The notes under the pieces are model-generated. The model was given only the letters and a program-made list of their open reading frames with translations, was not told the origin of the DNA and made no database searches. The translations under genes and the position numbers were made by a program. From an uncultured delta proteobacterium (lineage in GTDB: Bacteria > Desulfobacterota > Binatia > JACPRU01), in NCBI GenBank assembly GCA_963745025.1, contig CAVUWD010000006.1, positions 320,001 through 384,000 of the forward strand: a DNA stretch of 64,000 nt, written 5' to 3'. Below are positions 26,887 through 35,704 of the stretch, one piece after another. Within the stretch, counting starts at the first letter, position 1. Every line of letters starts with the position of its first letter.

Positions 26887-28320
26887 TTAGATCAACTTCT
26901 GCGATGTAGCCCAGGCCTCGGTCTTCGCCAGTGCGTTGCCCAACCGCTCGAGCATCAGGTCGATCTCCGACGCTGAGATGATCAGCGGCGGCGACATACA
27001 GATGTTGTCGCCGATCGCGCGAATCAGCAGACCGCCGTCGAAGGCCACGCGCTTGAATTGCGCGCCGACACCGGCTTCCACCGGAAACGCTTCACGCGTC
27101 TCCGTGTTGCGCACCAGCTCGACCGCCGCCATCAGGCCGATTCCCCGGATATCGCCGACGATCGGCGAGGAACGGAACTTCCGTAGCCCCTCGTGCAGGC
27201 GCTTGCCCATCTTCGCGGCGTTCTCGATGAGCCCCTCGCGCTCGATGATCTCGAGGACCTTGAGCCCCGCGGCGCAGCAGGCCGGATTGCCGGTGTTGGT
27301 GTAGCCGTGCCACACCACCGCGCCCTTCGAGGAGTCGAGCAGTGTTTGGTAAATCTTTTCGTGAACGATGACAGCGCCCAGCGGCAGGTAACCGCTACTG
27401 ATCCCCTTGGCGGTCGAGATGATATCCGGGATCACTCCCCAGTGCTCGATTCCCCACATCTTGCCCGTCCGTCCGGTGCCGGTGATCACCTCGTCGACCA
27501 CCATCAGGACGTCATAGCGGTCGCAGATCCGGCGGATACGCGGGAAGTACTCCGGCGGCGCCGGGATCACGCCGCCCGCGCCCATCACCGGCTCCGCGAT
27601 GAAGAAGGCGACGTTGTCCGGCCCTTCTTCAAGAATTGCCTTCTCCAGTTCGTCGGCGCACACCACGCCGCATGACGGGTAGTTCTTCTTCCACGGGCAT
27701 CGGTAGCAGTAGGGCGGATCGATATGGCGAACCCTGGGCATCATCGGTTCGAAGTGCTCGTGGAAATGCTCGATCCCGGTGAGGCTGGCCGCGCCAGTCG
27801 ACGATCCGTGGTAGCCGCGATTCAGCGCGATCGCGGTGACCTTGTTCTTGTGGCCCTTCAACTTGAAGTAGAGCCGGCTGAGGCGGATCACGCTCTCGTT
27901 GGATTCCGAGCCGCCACTGGTGAAGAAGACGCGGTTGAGCCCTTCGGGCGCCAGCGACGCGAGCTTCGCCGCCAGCTCGATCGCCGGCGGGGTGGAGATG
28001 TTGAGCAGCCCCAGATGGAAAGACAGCTTCTCCAACTGGTCGCGCACCGCCTCTGCGACTTCGGTCTGCCCGTAGCCGAGGTTGACGTTCCAGATCGCCG
28101 AGCTGCCGTCGAGGTACTGCTTGCCGCGCGCGTCCCAAACGAAGACGCCCTTGCCCCTGACGATCACCATCGAGCCGTCGCGCGCGTGCTCGTCGAGCGG
28201 GGCGAAGCCCGGCAGCTTGTGTCTGCGATCGAGTTCGATCAGCCGGTCGGCGTCAAGCTCGAAACGAGTTTGCGTCTCGCGCGCCGGCTTCCTGGTCCGT
28301 TCGGATACTGTCATCGTCAA
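26887..28320 (-). CDS. class III PLP aminotransferase (omega-amino acid/amine:pyruvate type)
   Basis: FFTSGGSESNE, GYHGS, AEPVMGAGGV, DEVITGTGRTG, AKGISSGY and HGYT motifs. Confidence 0.92.
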   Translation of the reverse strand: MTMTVSERTRKPARETQTRFELDADRLIELDRRHKLPGFAPLDEHARDGSMVIVRGKGVFVWDARGKQYLDGSSAIWNVNLGYGQTEVAEAVRDQLEKLSFHLGLLNISTPPAIELAAKLASLAPEGLNRVFFTSGGSESNESVIRLSRLYFKLKGHKNKVTAIALNRGYHGSSTGAASLTGIEHFHEHFEPMMPRVRHIDPPYCYRCPWKKNYPSCGVVCADELEKAILEEGPDNVAFFIAEPVMGAGGVIPAPPEYFPRIRRICDRYDVLMVVDEVITGTGRTGKMWGIEHWGVIPDIISTAKGISSGYLPLGAVIVHEKIYQTLLDSSKGAVVWHGYTNTGNPACCAAGLKVLEIIEREGLIENAAKMGKRLHEGLRKFRSSPIVGDIRGIGLMAAVELVRNTETREAFPVEAGVGAQFKRVAFDGGLLIRAIGDNICMSPPLIISASEIDLMLERLGNALAKTEAWATSQKLI

Positions 28321-28373
28321 TCCCTCGCCGTTGTGAGGCTATCGCGATCAATACCAGTTGCCACCGGCCTGCT

Positions 28374-29729
28374 CTAGCGCTGCCGCAGCCTCTCTTTCTT
28401 CATCGCGTTCAGCACCGCGGTGGCGGCGGCGAGCGCCTCGGCGATATCGGCTTCGTTATGCGCCGACGAAATGAATCCGACGTGCCCCTGGTAGAAGAAA
28501 ATCCCGTGGGCAAGCATCCGAACATGCAGCTCACGCAAGAGCTCCTGGTCGGCGTCTTCCACCTGGCGCACCGAACGGATCTCTTCTCTGGTGAAGTGGG
28601 TATGAAACATCGAGCCGTGGCCGGTCACCTGGACCTCGTAGCCGGCCGCTTCCGCCGCCTCTTTCAGCCCCCGGCGCATCCGGTCGCCGAGCTCGTTCAT
28701 CCGGGAGAAGACGGCGGAATCCTCCATCACTTTTAGCGCCGCAAGCCCCGCTGCGACGCTCAGCGGAAATGCGCTGAAGGTGCCCGACTGGAACACGAAA
28801 TCCTCCGGATGCTTTTCCGACGACATGTGTTCCATCACCTCGGCGCGTCCGCCGAACGCCGCCATCGGATAGCCGCCGGCGATCACCTTGCCCAAGACCG
28901 TGAGATCCGGCCTGAGGCCGTATTCGTCCTGGATACCGCCCATCCGCGAGCGGAAGCCGGTGATCACCTCGTCGAAGGCGAGCAAAATCCCGTGTCTGCG
29001 CGTGACTTCGCGAATCGCGGCGAGATATTCACGGTCGGCCGGAATCGCGCCGCCGAATCCCAGCACCGGCTCGACGATCACCAGGGCAAGCTCGCTCGCG
29101 TACCTTTCGATCAGCGCGACCGTGGCCTCGATATTGTTGAACGGCAGGATGACGGTGAGCTTGAGCACGTCCTCGGGGGTGCGATTGTGGAACGGCACCG
29201 CTCGCGGCGCCTCATCGGGCCCCCGCGACGATTTGTCGGCAGTGCACGAAATCAGCACGTTCTCGCCGGTGCCGTGATAAGCGCCCTCGAACTTGGCGAT
29301 CTTGTCGCGGCCGGTGTATGCGCGCGCGAGCCGGATGATCGATTGCACGCCCTCGGTACCCGACGGCAGGAAGCGGATTCGCTCCATGCTCGGCACGTAT
29401 CGGACCAGGCGTTCGACCAGCTCGATCTGGCGCTCGGTCGCACTGAGATTCGGCACACCTTCCTCGAGCGCCACGCGCACCGCGCGGAGAATCGCCGGAT
29501 GGGCGTGACCATGAATGAGCGACCCGGCACCGATCATGAAGTCGATATATTCATTGCCGTCGCGGTCATGGAGCCGCGAGCCACGGGCGCCGGTTACATA
29601 GATCGGATGCGGTGGACGGTACTGGCTCTGCCCGCCGACGCCCGCCGGCATCACCTTGCTGGCCCGTTCGTGCAGCGCGCGCGATTGTTCGAGCTTCGTC
29701 AGTTTCGAAACCTCTCTTGGGTAACTCAT
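28374..29729 (-). CDS. class III aminotransferase, glutamate-1-semialdehyde aminomutase-like
   Basis: SGTEG, KFEGAYHG, FDEVITGFR, GKVIAGGYP and SGTF motifs; catabolic rather than heme context. Confidence 0.85.
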   Translation of the reverse strand: MSYPREVSKLTKLEQSRALHERASKVMPAGVGGQSQYRPPHPIYVTGARGSRLHDRDGNEYIDFMIGAGSLIHGHAHPAILRAVRVALEEGVPNLSATERQIELVERLVRYVPSMERIRFLPSGTEGVQSIIRLARAYTGRDKIAKFEGAYHGTGENVLISCTADKSSRGPDEAPRAVPFHNRTPEDVLKLTVILPFNNIEATVALIERYASELALVIVEPVLGFGGAIPADREYLAAIREVTRRHGILLAFDEVITGFRSRMGGIQDEYGLRPDLTVLGKVIAGGYPMAAFGGRAEVMEHMSSEKHPEDFVFQSGTFSAFPLSVAAGLAALKVMEDSAVFSRMNELGDRMRRGLKEAAEAAGYEVQVTGHGSMFHTHFTREEIRSVRQVEDADQELLRELHVRMLAHGIFFYQGHVGFISSAHNEADIAEALAAATAVLNAMKKERLRQR

Positions 29730-29834
29730 TGGAACACTCCTTTAGGCAGCAGCCTCGCGGGGAGTCGACGCCGTAGGCGGCACGGAATTGACCGTCCGCT
29801 GACTCCCCCTCCCCCCTGCGGAAGAAGACAGGGG

Positions 29835-31625
29835 TTAGAGCGAGCGCTTCCCTAGCACCCCACGCAGTTCCGCGGTTCCCTCAGCGTCCACTTTCAGCGA
29901 TTCGTCATCGGCGTGACCGGTGAAGACGACGCCGTACGTGTCGCGCGCCTGCTCAATCGAGACCCACTTTTCGAGCACGTCGAAACGCACGCGCTCGGGG
30001 TTCCGCTCCAACGGATCGCCGTAGCCTCCGCCTCCCGTATCCGCGCCAACGATGAACTCGCCAGGGAGAAGCTTCTCTGCCGAAACGCATGGCACGCGGT
30101 GCTCGGCTCCCTCGCGATCGATCTTCGCGGCGTACGCTGCCGCGCCCGGCAGGCCGCCGCGGACGCCCTTGGGCGGATGATGGTGTCCGTCGAGCGGAAA
30201 AATAACCGTCATCGGGTCATTCTTCGGCCCATACACCACGCGCGCCCCCGGAGAGCCGCGGAACTTTCCCGGCCCGCCGGCGTCGGTCATCAATCTCATC
30301 GACTCGAAATGGATCGGATATTTCTGCTCGTCGATCTCGACGCTGTCGCGATACATCAGTCCTGCGACGACCGGCAGCCCGTAAGTGACCCATCCGTCGG
30401 TCGACGGCGTGCCCGGCCCGCCGTTGCTGCCGATAATCAGTTGATTCACGTAGGGAGCACCGCCTTTGCGGAAGTCGTTGCCCGAGATCACCGCATACGG
30501 CGGACCCATGCCGAGGCCACCCTCAGCGAGACCGAAGCCGTCGCCAATTTGGGCGAACGCTGCCTGCGTGATGTTGACCAACCGGTCGCCGACGTTGGTG
30601 GTCGCGACCGAGCAGGACGTGGGAAACTTCGGGATGCCGACGACGCAGCCCTCGCGCAGATGCACCGTGATACGGCGGAAGCTGCCGGCATTGTGCGGCA
30701 CTCCCGGATCCAGCGAATTGAAAATCCCGGTGACGACGTTGTTGATCGCGCAGGTCTTGGATTCGTTGAGCCCGGCTGGTACGCAATCGATATTGTCGCG
30801 CAGGTCGACCTCGACCTTCCCTTCCTCGCCGTCGACGCGGACCTTGACTTTGATCGGTACGCCGTCGGGAACCGCCGGGAACGGATCGTGCGCACCGGTA
30901 TTGACGAGGTCGCCGCTCGGAAGCTGCTTGATCGCGTGAATCATCCGCCGCTCCGAGTAATCGAACCATTCGGCAACGAACTGCCGCATCAGATCGCGGC
31001 CATACTTGGCGACCAGTTCCTTGAGGCGCCGCTCGGCGATCCGCGCCGCGCCGAGCTCGGCCAGATAATCGCCGTACCACTGGTCGGGCACCCGGATCCG
31101 CCGCCGGCACATCCGGATGATGTCATCCACGTCCCGGTAATTGCGCTGGACTCGGACGCACGGGAAGTTGAGCGCGCCTTCCTCGTAAAGGTCGCCCGCG
31201 AACGGCATGTAGGTAGTCGGAAGGCTGTTGCCGCAGTCGGCCTGATGCGCCTTGGCGCAGGCGGTGAACATGTGCTCGCCGTCGACGAACACCGGCACTA
31301 GGATCGTGTGGTCGGCACTGTGAGTGTTGCCGAGATAGACGTCGTTGTGCAAGAAGGCATCGCCCTCGGCGAGATCCGCGTGCAGATCGCACATCGCTTG
31401 GGTCAGGAACTGCGACCCGAAGACGTGTACCGGTAATCCCTCGGCGGCGGCGAGCAACTGATTGTCGCCGGTCACCAGCGAGCAGGAAAAATCTCGCGCC
31501 ATGTTGAGCACCGCGGAGCGCCCCGAGCGCAGCAACGTGTTGGTCATCTCACGGCAGATACAATCCAAGCGGTTGGCGATTACCGCCAGCAGCGCTGAGT
31601 CTATCTTCGGCATGCTGATATTCAT
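29835..31625 (-). CDS. hydantoinase B/oxoprolinase family protein (ATP-dependent lactamase beta subunit)
   Basis: RDFSC, HNDVYLGNTHSAD, KAHQADCG, GGPGKFRG and GGGGYGDPLER motifs. Confidence 0.92.
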   Translation of the reverse strand: MNISMPKIDSALLAVIANRLDCICREMTNTLLRSGRSAVLNMARDFSCSLVTGDNQLLAAAEGLPVHVFGSQFLTQAMCDLHADLAEGDAFLHNDVYLGNTHSADHTILVPVFVDGEHMFTACAKAHQADCGNSLPTTYMPFAGDLYEEGALNFPCVRVQRNYRDVDDIIRMCRRRIRVPDQWYGDYLAELGAARIAERRLKELVAKYGRDLMRQFVAEWFDYSERRMIHAIKQLPSGDLVNTGAHDPFPAVPDGVPIKVKVRVDGEEGKVEVDLRDNIDCVPAGLNESKTCAINNVVTGIFNSLDPGVPHNAGSFRRITVHLREGCVVGIPKFPTSCSVATTNVGDRLVNITQAAFAQIGDGFGLAEGGLGMGPPYAVISGNDFRKGGAPYVNQLIIGSNGGPGTPSTDGWVTYGLPVVAGLMYRDSVEIDEQKYPIHFESMRLMTDAGGPGKFRGSPGARVVYGPKNDPMTVIFPLDGHHHPPKGVRGGLPGAAAYAAKIDREGAEHRVPCVSAEKLLPGEFIVGADTGGGGYGDPLERNPERVRFDVLEKWVSIEQARDTYGVVFTGHADDESLKVDAEGTAELRGVLGKRSL

Positions 31626-31701
31626 CGCATCGGTTCCCTTGTCCTGTGACTTGTACCCCAGCGTCCCCAGTTGAAAGTCACCTTTGGATTATTGCCTTGT
31701 T

Positions 31702-31775
31702 TGCCATTCCGAGCGAAGCGAAAAATCTACGCGGAGCGATTTTCTCTTTGCGACTACGTCCAGGAAAAGACTCAT
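31702..31775. repeat. degenerate REP-like palindromic element
   Basis: TGCCATTCCGAGCGAAGCGAAAAATCT resembles the widespread GTCATTCCGAGCGAAGCGAGGAATCT intergenic repeat, with a decayed partner arm downstream. Confidence 0.4.
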
Positions 31776-31777
31776 CT

Positions 31778-33853
31778 TCAGCCGACCGCGAACAGATAAT
31801 TGTGCAGCTCCGTTACCCGTACCGAGTTGCCCGGATAGACCACGATCGTCGTGGTCGGCTCGTCGATCATCGCCGGCCCCTCGATCACCATCCCCGGCGA
31901 TAGCGCCTCACCGAGAAAACGCGGCACCCGCGTCTCTCCGATACCGGCGAAGAACGCACTCCGCGATACACGCGGCGGCGGTAGCTTGGCACTGCCGGCA
32001 CGAAGTCTTGTCAACGGTGGATTGTCGAGGAACGCCGTCAGCCGACCGCGCCAGTAAAGACATTCGATCTGCTGGCCCGGCTCTTTGACCGCGAACACCC
32101 GCTCGTGCTCCTGATGGAACGCTTCGATCATCGCCGCCAGATCTCCCGGCCCATCGAAGCGTCCCTTGGCCAGCGGCACGTCCAACTCCCAAACCTGGTA
32201 GGGATAGCGCGCCTCGACAAAGTACTCGGTCGAGAATCGCTTCAGCCCCTTTTCGCGCAGACGGGCCGAGAAGTGTTCGATCTGCGCCGAGATTTCCTTG
32301 AGCGTTTCGTTCACCGCCGCATCGGGGAACTCGGCAGTGTACGCGATCCGGCTGATGCTGAAATCGGAGACGATATTGGAAAACTGGCCACCGCACGCGC
32401 TGAGCGCGCCCGCGGTCGAGGGCACGAGTACCTGCCGGCATCCTAGTTCCCGCGCGATCGGTAAAACGTTGAGTCCCGCCGCTCCGCCGCCGGCTACCAG
32501 TAATGCTTCTCGCGGATCGAGCCCCTGATTAATCGTGATGTCCTTGATCGCGCCGACCATGTGCTCGTTGGCAACTTCGATAATCGAGCGTGCCGCCGCC
32601 TCTGCGGTGCCGCCGAGTCGCTCCGCGAGCTTGCCGACCGCATCGCGCGCCGCCGCCGTGTCGAGTTTCATCCGGCCACCGAGGAAGTAATCCGGGTCGA
32701 TGTACCCGAGTACGACCGCCGCGTCGGTGACCGTCGGATTCTTTCCGCCGCGTCCGTAGCATGCGGGGCCTGGATCCGCGCCCGCGCTCTGCGGCCCGAC
32801 GCACAGCAATCCGCCCGGATCGATCCGGGCGATCGAACCGCCACCCGCGCCGATACTCTTGACATCGACCGATGCCAAACCGGTGATATGACCGGTGAAG
32901 GTTTCGCCCAGCCAGGTTTCGCGCGTGAACTTGATAAGCCCGTCGCGCACAAGACTCACGTCGAAGCTGGTGCCGCCGGTATCGCATACGATGATATCGA
33001 CCGGGCCGACCTCGGCGTTGGCATAGGTCCGGCCCGCCACCGGCGCCATCGCGGGACCCGATTTGACCAGATAGATCGGACGCTGCACGACGTCCTCCAG
33101 ATGCATCACACCGCCGAACGAAGTCGCGACCAGCAGTTCTCCCCGGAAGCCGGCGCGGGCGAGGTCGGCCTCCATGTCGTTCAGATGCGCCTGCATCAGG
33201 GGCTTCAGCGAGGCGTCGATCGCGGCCGACGACGCGCGCCGATATTCGCGAACGATCGGATTCAGCCGATGTGACAGCGTGTAGGGAACGCCGGGCAGCT
33301 CTTCTTCGATCAGCCGCCCGAGCACCTCTTCGTGCGCCGGATTGACGGGCGACCACAGCAGGCATGCCGCGATCGCCTGTACGCCGCGCCGACGCACTGT
33401 GTGCAGCACGTCGCGCGCCTGCGCCTCGTCGAGCCGGGTCACAACGCGGCCTTCGGAATCGACCCGTTCGCGAATCTCGAAAGTCAGCCGGCGCGGCACG
33501 TAAGGCTCCGGAAAGGATACCTGCAAGCGGAAGGGGTCGAGTTTGCCGCCCTCCCGCAGGACAAGGATATCGGGAAACCCTTCGGTGACGAGGAACGCGG
33601 TCCGGGCGGTCTTGCCCTCGACTATCGCATTCGTCGCCTGAGTGGTGCCGTAGATCAGCAGGTCGGCCTTCTCGAGCACCGAGGCGACGTCGCTCTTCAG
33701 CTGTTCGGCGACCACCTTCAGCGCGCCTTCGATTCCGCAAAAGATACGGTCTATAGTCGTCGGCGCCTTACCGAGAATCAGATTGCCGTTTTCGTCGGCG
33801 AGCACGAGGTCGGTGAACGTGCCGCCGGTATCTATTGCGATGCGGTATCCCAC
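31778..33853 (-). CDS. hydantoinase A/oxoprolinase family protein (ATP-binding alpha subunit)
   Basis: IDTGGTFTD, GTTQATNA, SGPA, DTGGTSFD, IGAGGGSIA and GPQSAGADPGPACY motifs; GTG start after AAGGAG. Confidence 0.93.
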   Translation of the reverse strand: MGYRIAIDTGGTFTDLVLADENGNLILGKAPTTIDRIFCGIEGALKVVAEQLKSDVASVLEKADLLIYGTTQATNAIVEGKTARTAFLVTEGFPDILVLREGGKLDPFRLQVSFPEPYVPRRLTFEIRERVDSEGRVVTRLDEAQARDVLHTVRRRGVQAIAACLLWSPVNPAHEEVLGRLIEEELPGVPYTLSHRLNPIVREYRRASSAAIDASLKPLMQAHLNDMEADLARAGFRGELLVATSFGGVMHLEDVVQRPIYLVKSGPAMAPVAGRTYANAEVGPVDIIVCDTGGTSFDVSLVRDGLIKFTRETWLGETFTGHITGLASVDVKSIGAGGGSIARIDPGGLLCVGPQSAGADPGPACYGRGGKNPTVTDAAVVLGYIDPDYFLGGRMKLDTAAARDAVGKLAERLGGTAEAAARSIIEVANEHMVGAIKDITINQGLDPREALLVAGGGAAGLNVLPIARELGCRQVLVPSTAGALSACGGQFSNIVSDFSISRIAYTAEFPDAAVNETLKEISAQIEHFSARLREKGLKRFSTEYFVEARYPYQVWELDVPLAKGRFDGPGDLAAMIEAFHQEHERVFAVKEPGQQIECLYWRGRLTAFLDNPPLTRLRAGSAKLPPPRVSRSAFFAGIGETRVPRFLGEALSPGMVIEGPAMIDEPTTTIVVYPGNSVRVTELHNYLFAVG

Positions 33854-33974
33854 GCGGAAGTTCTCCTTGAAGCGCTATTGTGCCGTCGCGTGCGGCCAAG
33901 CAGGTGTTTCCCTCTGTAGCAAAATCTGCGTGGTCGACAAAACCAGCCCGCCGCCTCACTCGCTTTGACCCATC

Positions 33975-35540
33975 GTGAAAGCGCTGGACGTGGGTCGGTC
34001 GCAGTGGCAAGCAGGCGCGGTGAACGAGTACGGCACGATTCTGCCCGACGACGAGCACAATCGTCGCCTCGCCGCGAACGTCCGTCCGCCCGCCTACCGA
34101 AACCCGGAACCCGCGGAGCGCTACAACCTGGTCGTCCTCGGCGCGGGTACCGCAGGCCTCGTCACGGCAGCGGGCGCAGCGAGCCTCGGCGCCAAGGTCG
34201 CGCTGGTCGAGCGGCATTTGATGGGCGGCGACTGTCTCAACGTCGGTTGCGTGCCATCGAAGGCGGTGATCCGCTCGTCGCGCCTGCTCGCGGAGGTCCG
34301 CCGCGGCGCATCGTTCGGCGCGCGGAGCGACGGCGACGTGACCCTCGATTTCGCCGCCGTGATGGACCGCATGCGCCGCGTGCGCGCGCACGTCAGTCGG
34401 AGCGACTCCGTCGAGCGGTTTCGCGGGCTCGGCGTCGACGTCTTTCTCGGCGAGGGGCGATTCAGCGGTCCCGACACCGTCGAAGTCGCGGGCGAGACGC
34501 TCCGCTTCAAACGGGCCGTCGTCACCACCGGCGCGCGCGCCACCGCGCCGCCGATCGACGGTCTCTCCGAAGCCGGCTACCTCACGAACGAGACCGTCTT
34601 CTCGCTCACCGAGCAGCCGAGGCGTCTCGCGGTGATTGGCGCAGGTGCGGTCGGATGCGAGCTGGCACAAGCCTTTCGCCGTTTCGGCTCCGACGTGACG
34701 GCCTTCGACATCCTGCCGCAGATCCTCGGCCGCGAAGACGCCGACGCCGCCCAGCTCATCCGGCGCGTGCTCGAGCGCGAGGGCGTGCGCTTTGCGCTCC
34801 CTGCGCAGATTCGCGCGGTCGAGCGGGCGCCGGAGGGAAAGACGCTCCATTTCGCAGTCGATGGCCGCGACGAGCGGATCACCGTCGACGAGATCCTGAT
34901 CGGCGCGGGCCGCGCGCCCAACGTCGAAGGTCTCGGGCTGGAAAAGGTCGGCGTCGCGCTCGACGCGAAGCGTGGCGTCGTCGTCGACGACCACTTGAGA
35001 ACCACCAACTCGCGGATCTTCGCGGCCGGGGACGTCTGTCTCGAGTCGAAATTCACCCACGTGGCGGATTTCGCGGCGCGGATCGTGATCCAGAACGCCC
35101 TCTTCCTCGGCCGCAAGCGCGTCTCTGCGCTGACCATCCCATGGTGCACCTATACGGACCCAGAAGTGGCCCACGTCGGGCTCTACGAGCGAGACGCGAT
35201 CGCCCAAGGGGTCGCCGTCGACACGTTCGTTCGACCGCTCGCGGAGGTGGATCGCGCGGTGATCGACGGCGAAGAAGAAGGCTTCGTCAAGATCCACGTA
35301 CGGCGGGGCACGGACCGGTTGGTCGGGGCCACGATCGTCGCGAGCCACGCCGGTGATCTCGTGAGCGAGATCACGCTGGCGCTGACGGCCGGCGTCGGCC
35401 TCGGCCGCCTCGCCAGCGTGATTCATCCCTATCCGACCCAGGCCGAAGCGATCCGGCAGCTCGGCGACGCTTACAACCGCACCCGCCTCACGCCCTTCGT
35501 GAAGCGGCTATTCGAGGCGTGGCTGCGCTGGACGCGGTAG
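33975..35540 (+). CDS. FAD-dependent pyridine nucleotide-disulfide oxidoreductase (MerA-like paralog of the DedA-associated type)
   Basis: GAGTAG, GGDCLNVGCVPSK redox disulfide, GAGAVGCE and HPYPT; lacks the MerA C-terminal Cys pair; start may be GTG34020. Confidence 0.88.
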   Translation: MKALDVGRSQWQAGAVNEYGTILPDDEHNRRLAANVRPPAYRNPEPAERYNLVVLGAGTAGLVTAAGAASLGAKVALVERHLMGGDCLNVGCVPSKAVIRSSRLLAEVRRGASFGARSDGDVTLDFAAVMDRMRRVRAHVSRSDSVERFRGLGVDVFLGEGRFSGPDTVEVAGETLRFKRAVVTTGARATAPPIDGLSEAGYLTNETVFSLTEQPRRLAVIGAGAVGCELAQAFRRFGSDVTAFDILPQILGREDADAAQLIRRVLEREGVRFALPAQIRAVERAPEGKTLHFAVDGRDERITVDEILIGAGRAPNVEGLGLEKVGVALDAKRGVVVDDHLRTTNSRIFAAGDVCLESKFTHVADFAARIVIQNALFLGRKRVSALTIPWCTYTDPEVAHVGLYERDAIAQGVAVDTFVRPLAEVDRAVIDGEEEGFVKIHVRRGTDRLVGATIVASHAGDLVSEITLALTAGVGLGRLASVIHPYPTQAEAIRQLGDAYNRTRLTPFVKRLFEAWLRWTR

Positions 35541-35704
35541 CGCATCGAAATGCGTCGAGGCCGCGCCCGGCGTAGCCGCGTCGCGAGCACCAGGTTCTTC
35601 GCGATGCCGTGCCTAGAAGGCGCCGACGGCCTCGGTGACGGAAGCTCGTGGGGACCCGGCCAGGCGCGGACTCGACGCGTTCCGATGCGTGAGCAAATGT
35701 CGCT

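Noticed and set aside
28374-29729. hemL (heme biosynthesis)
   Set aside because: Lacks the GGVNSPVR N-terminal signature of true GSAM and lies in a catabolic block
33975-35540. Mercuric reductase merA / mercury resistance
   Set aside because: No NmerA domain, no C-terminal Cys-Cys pair and no mer operon genes
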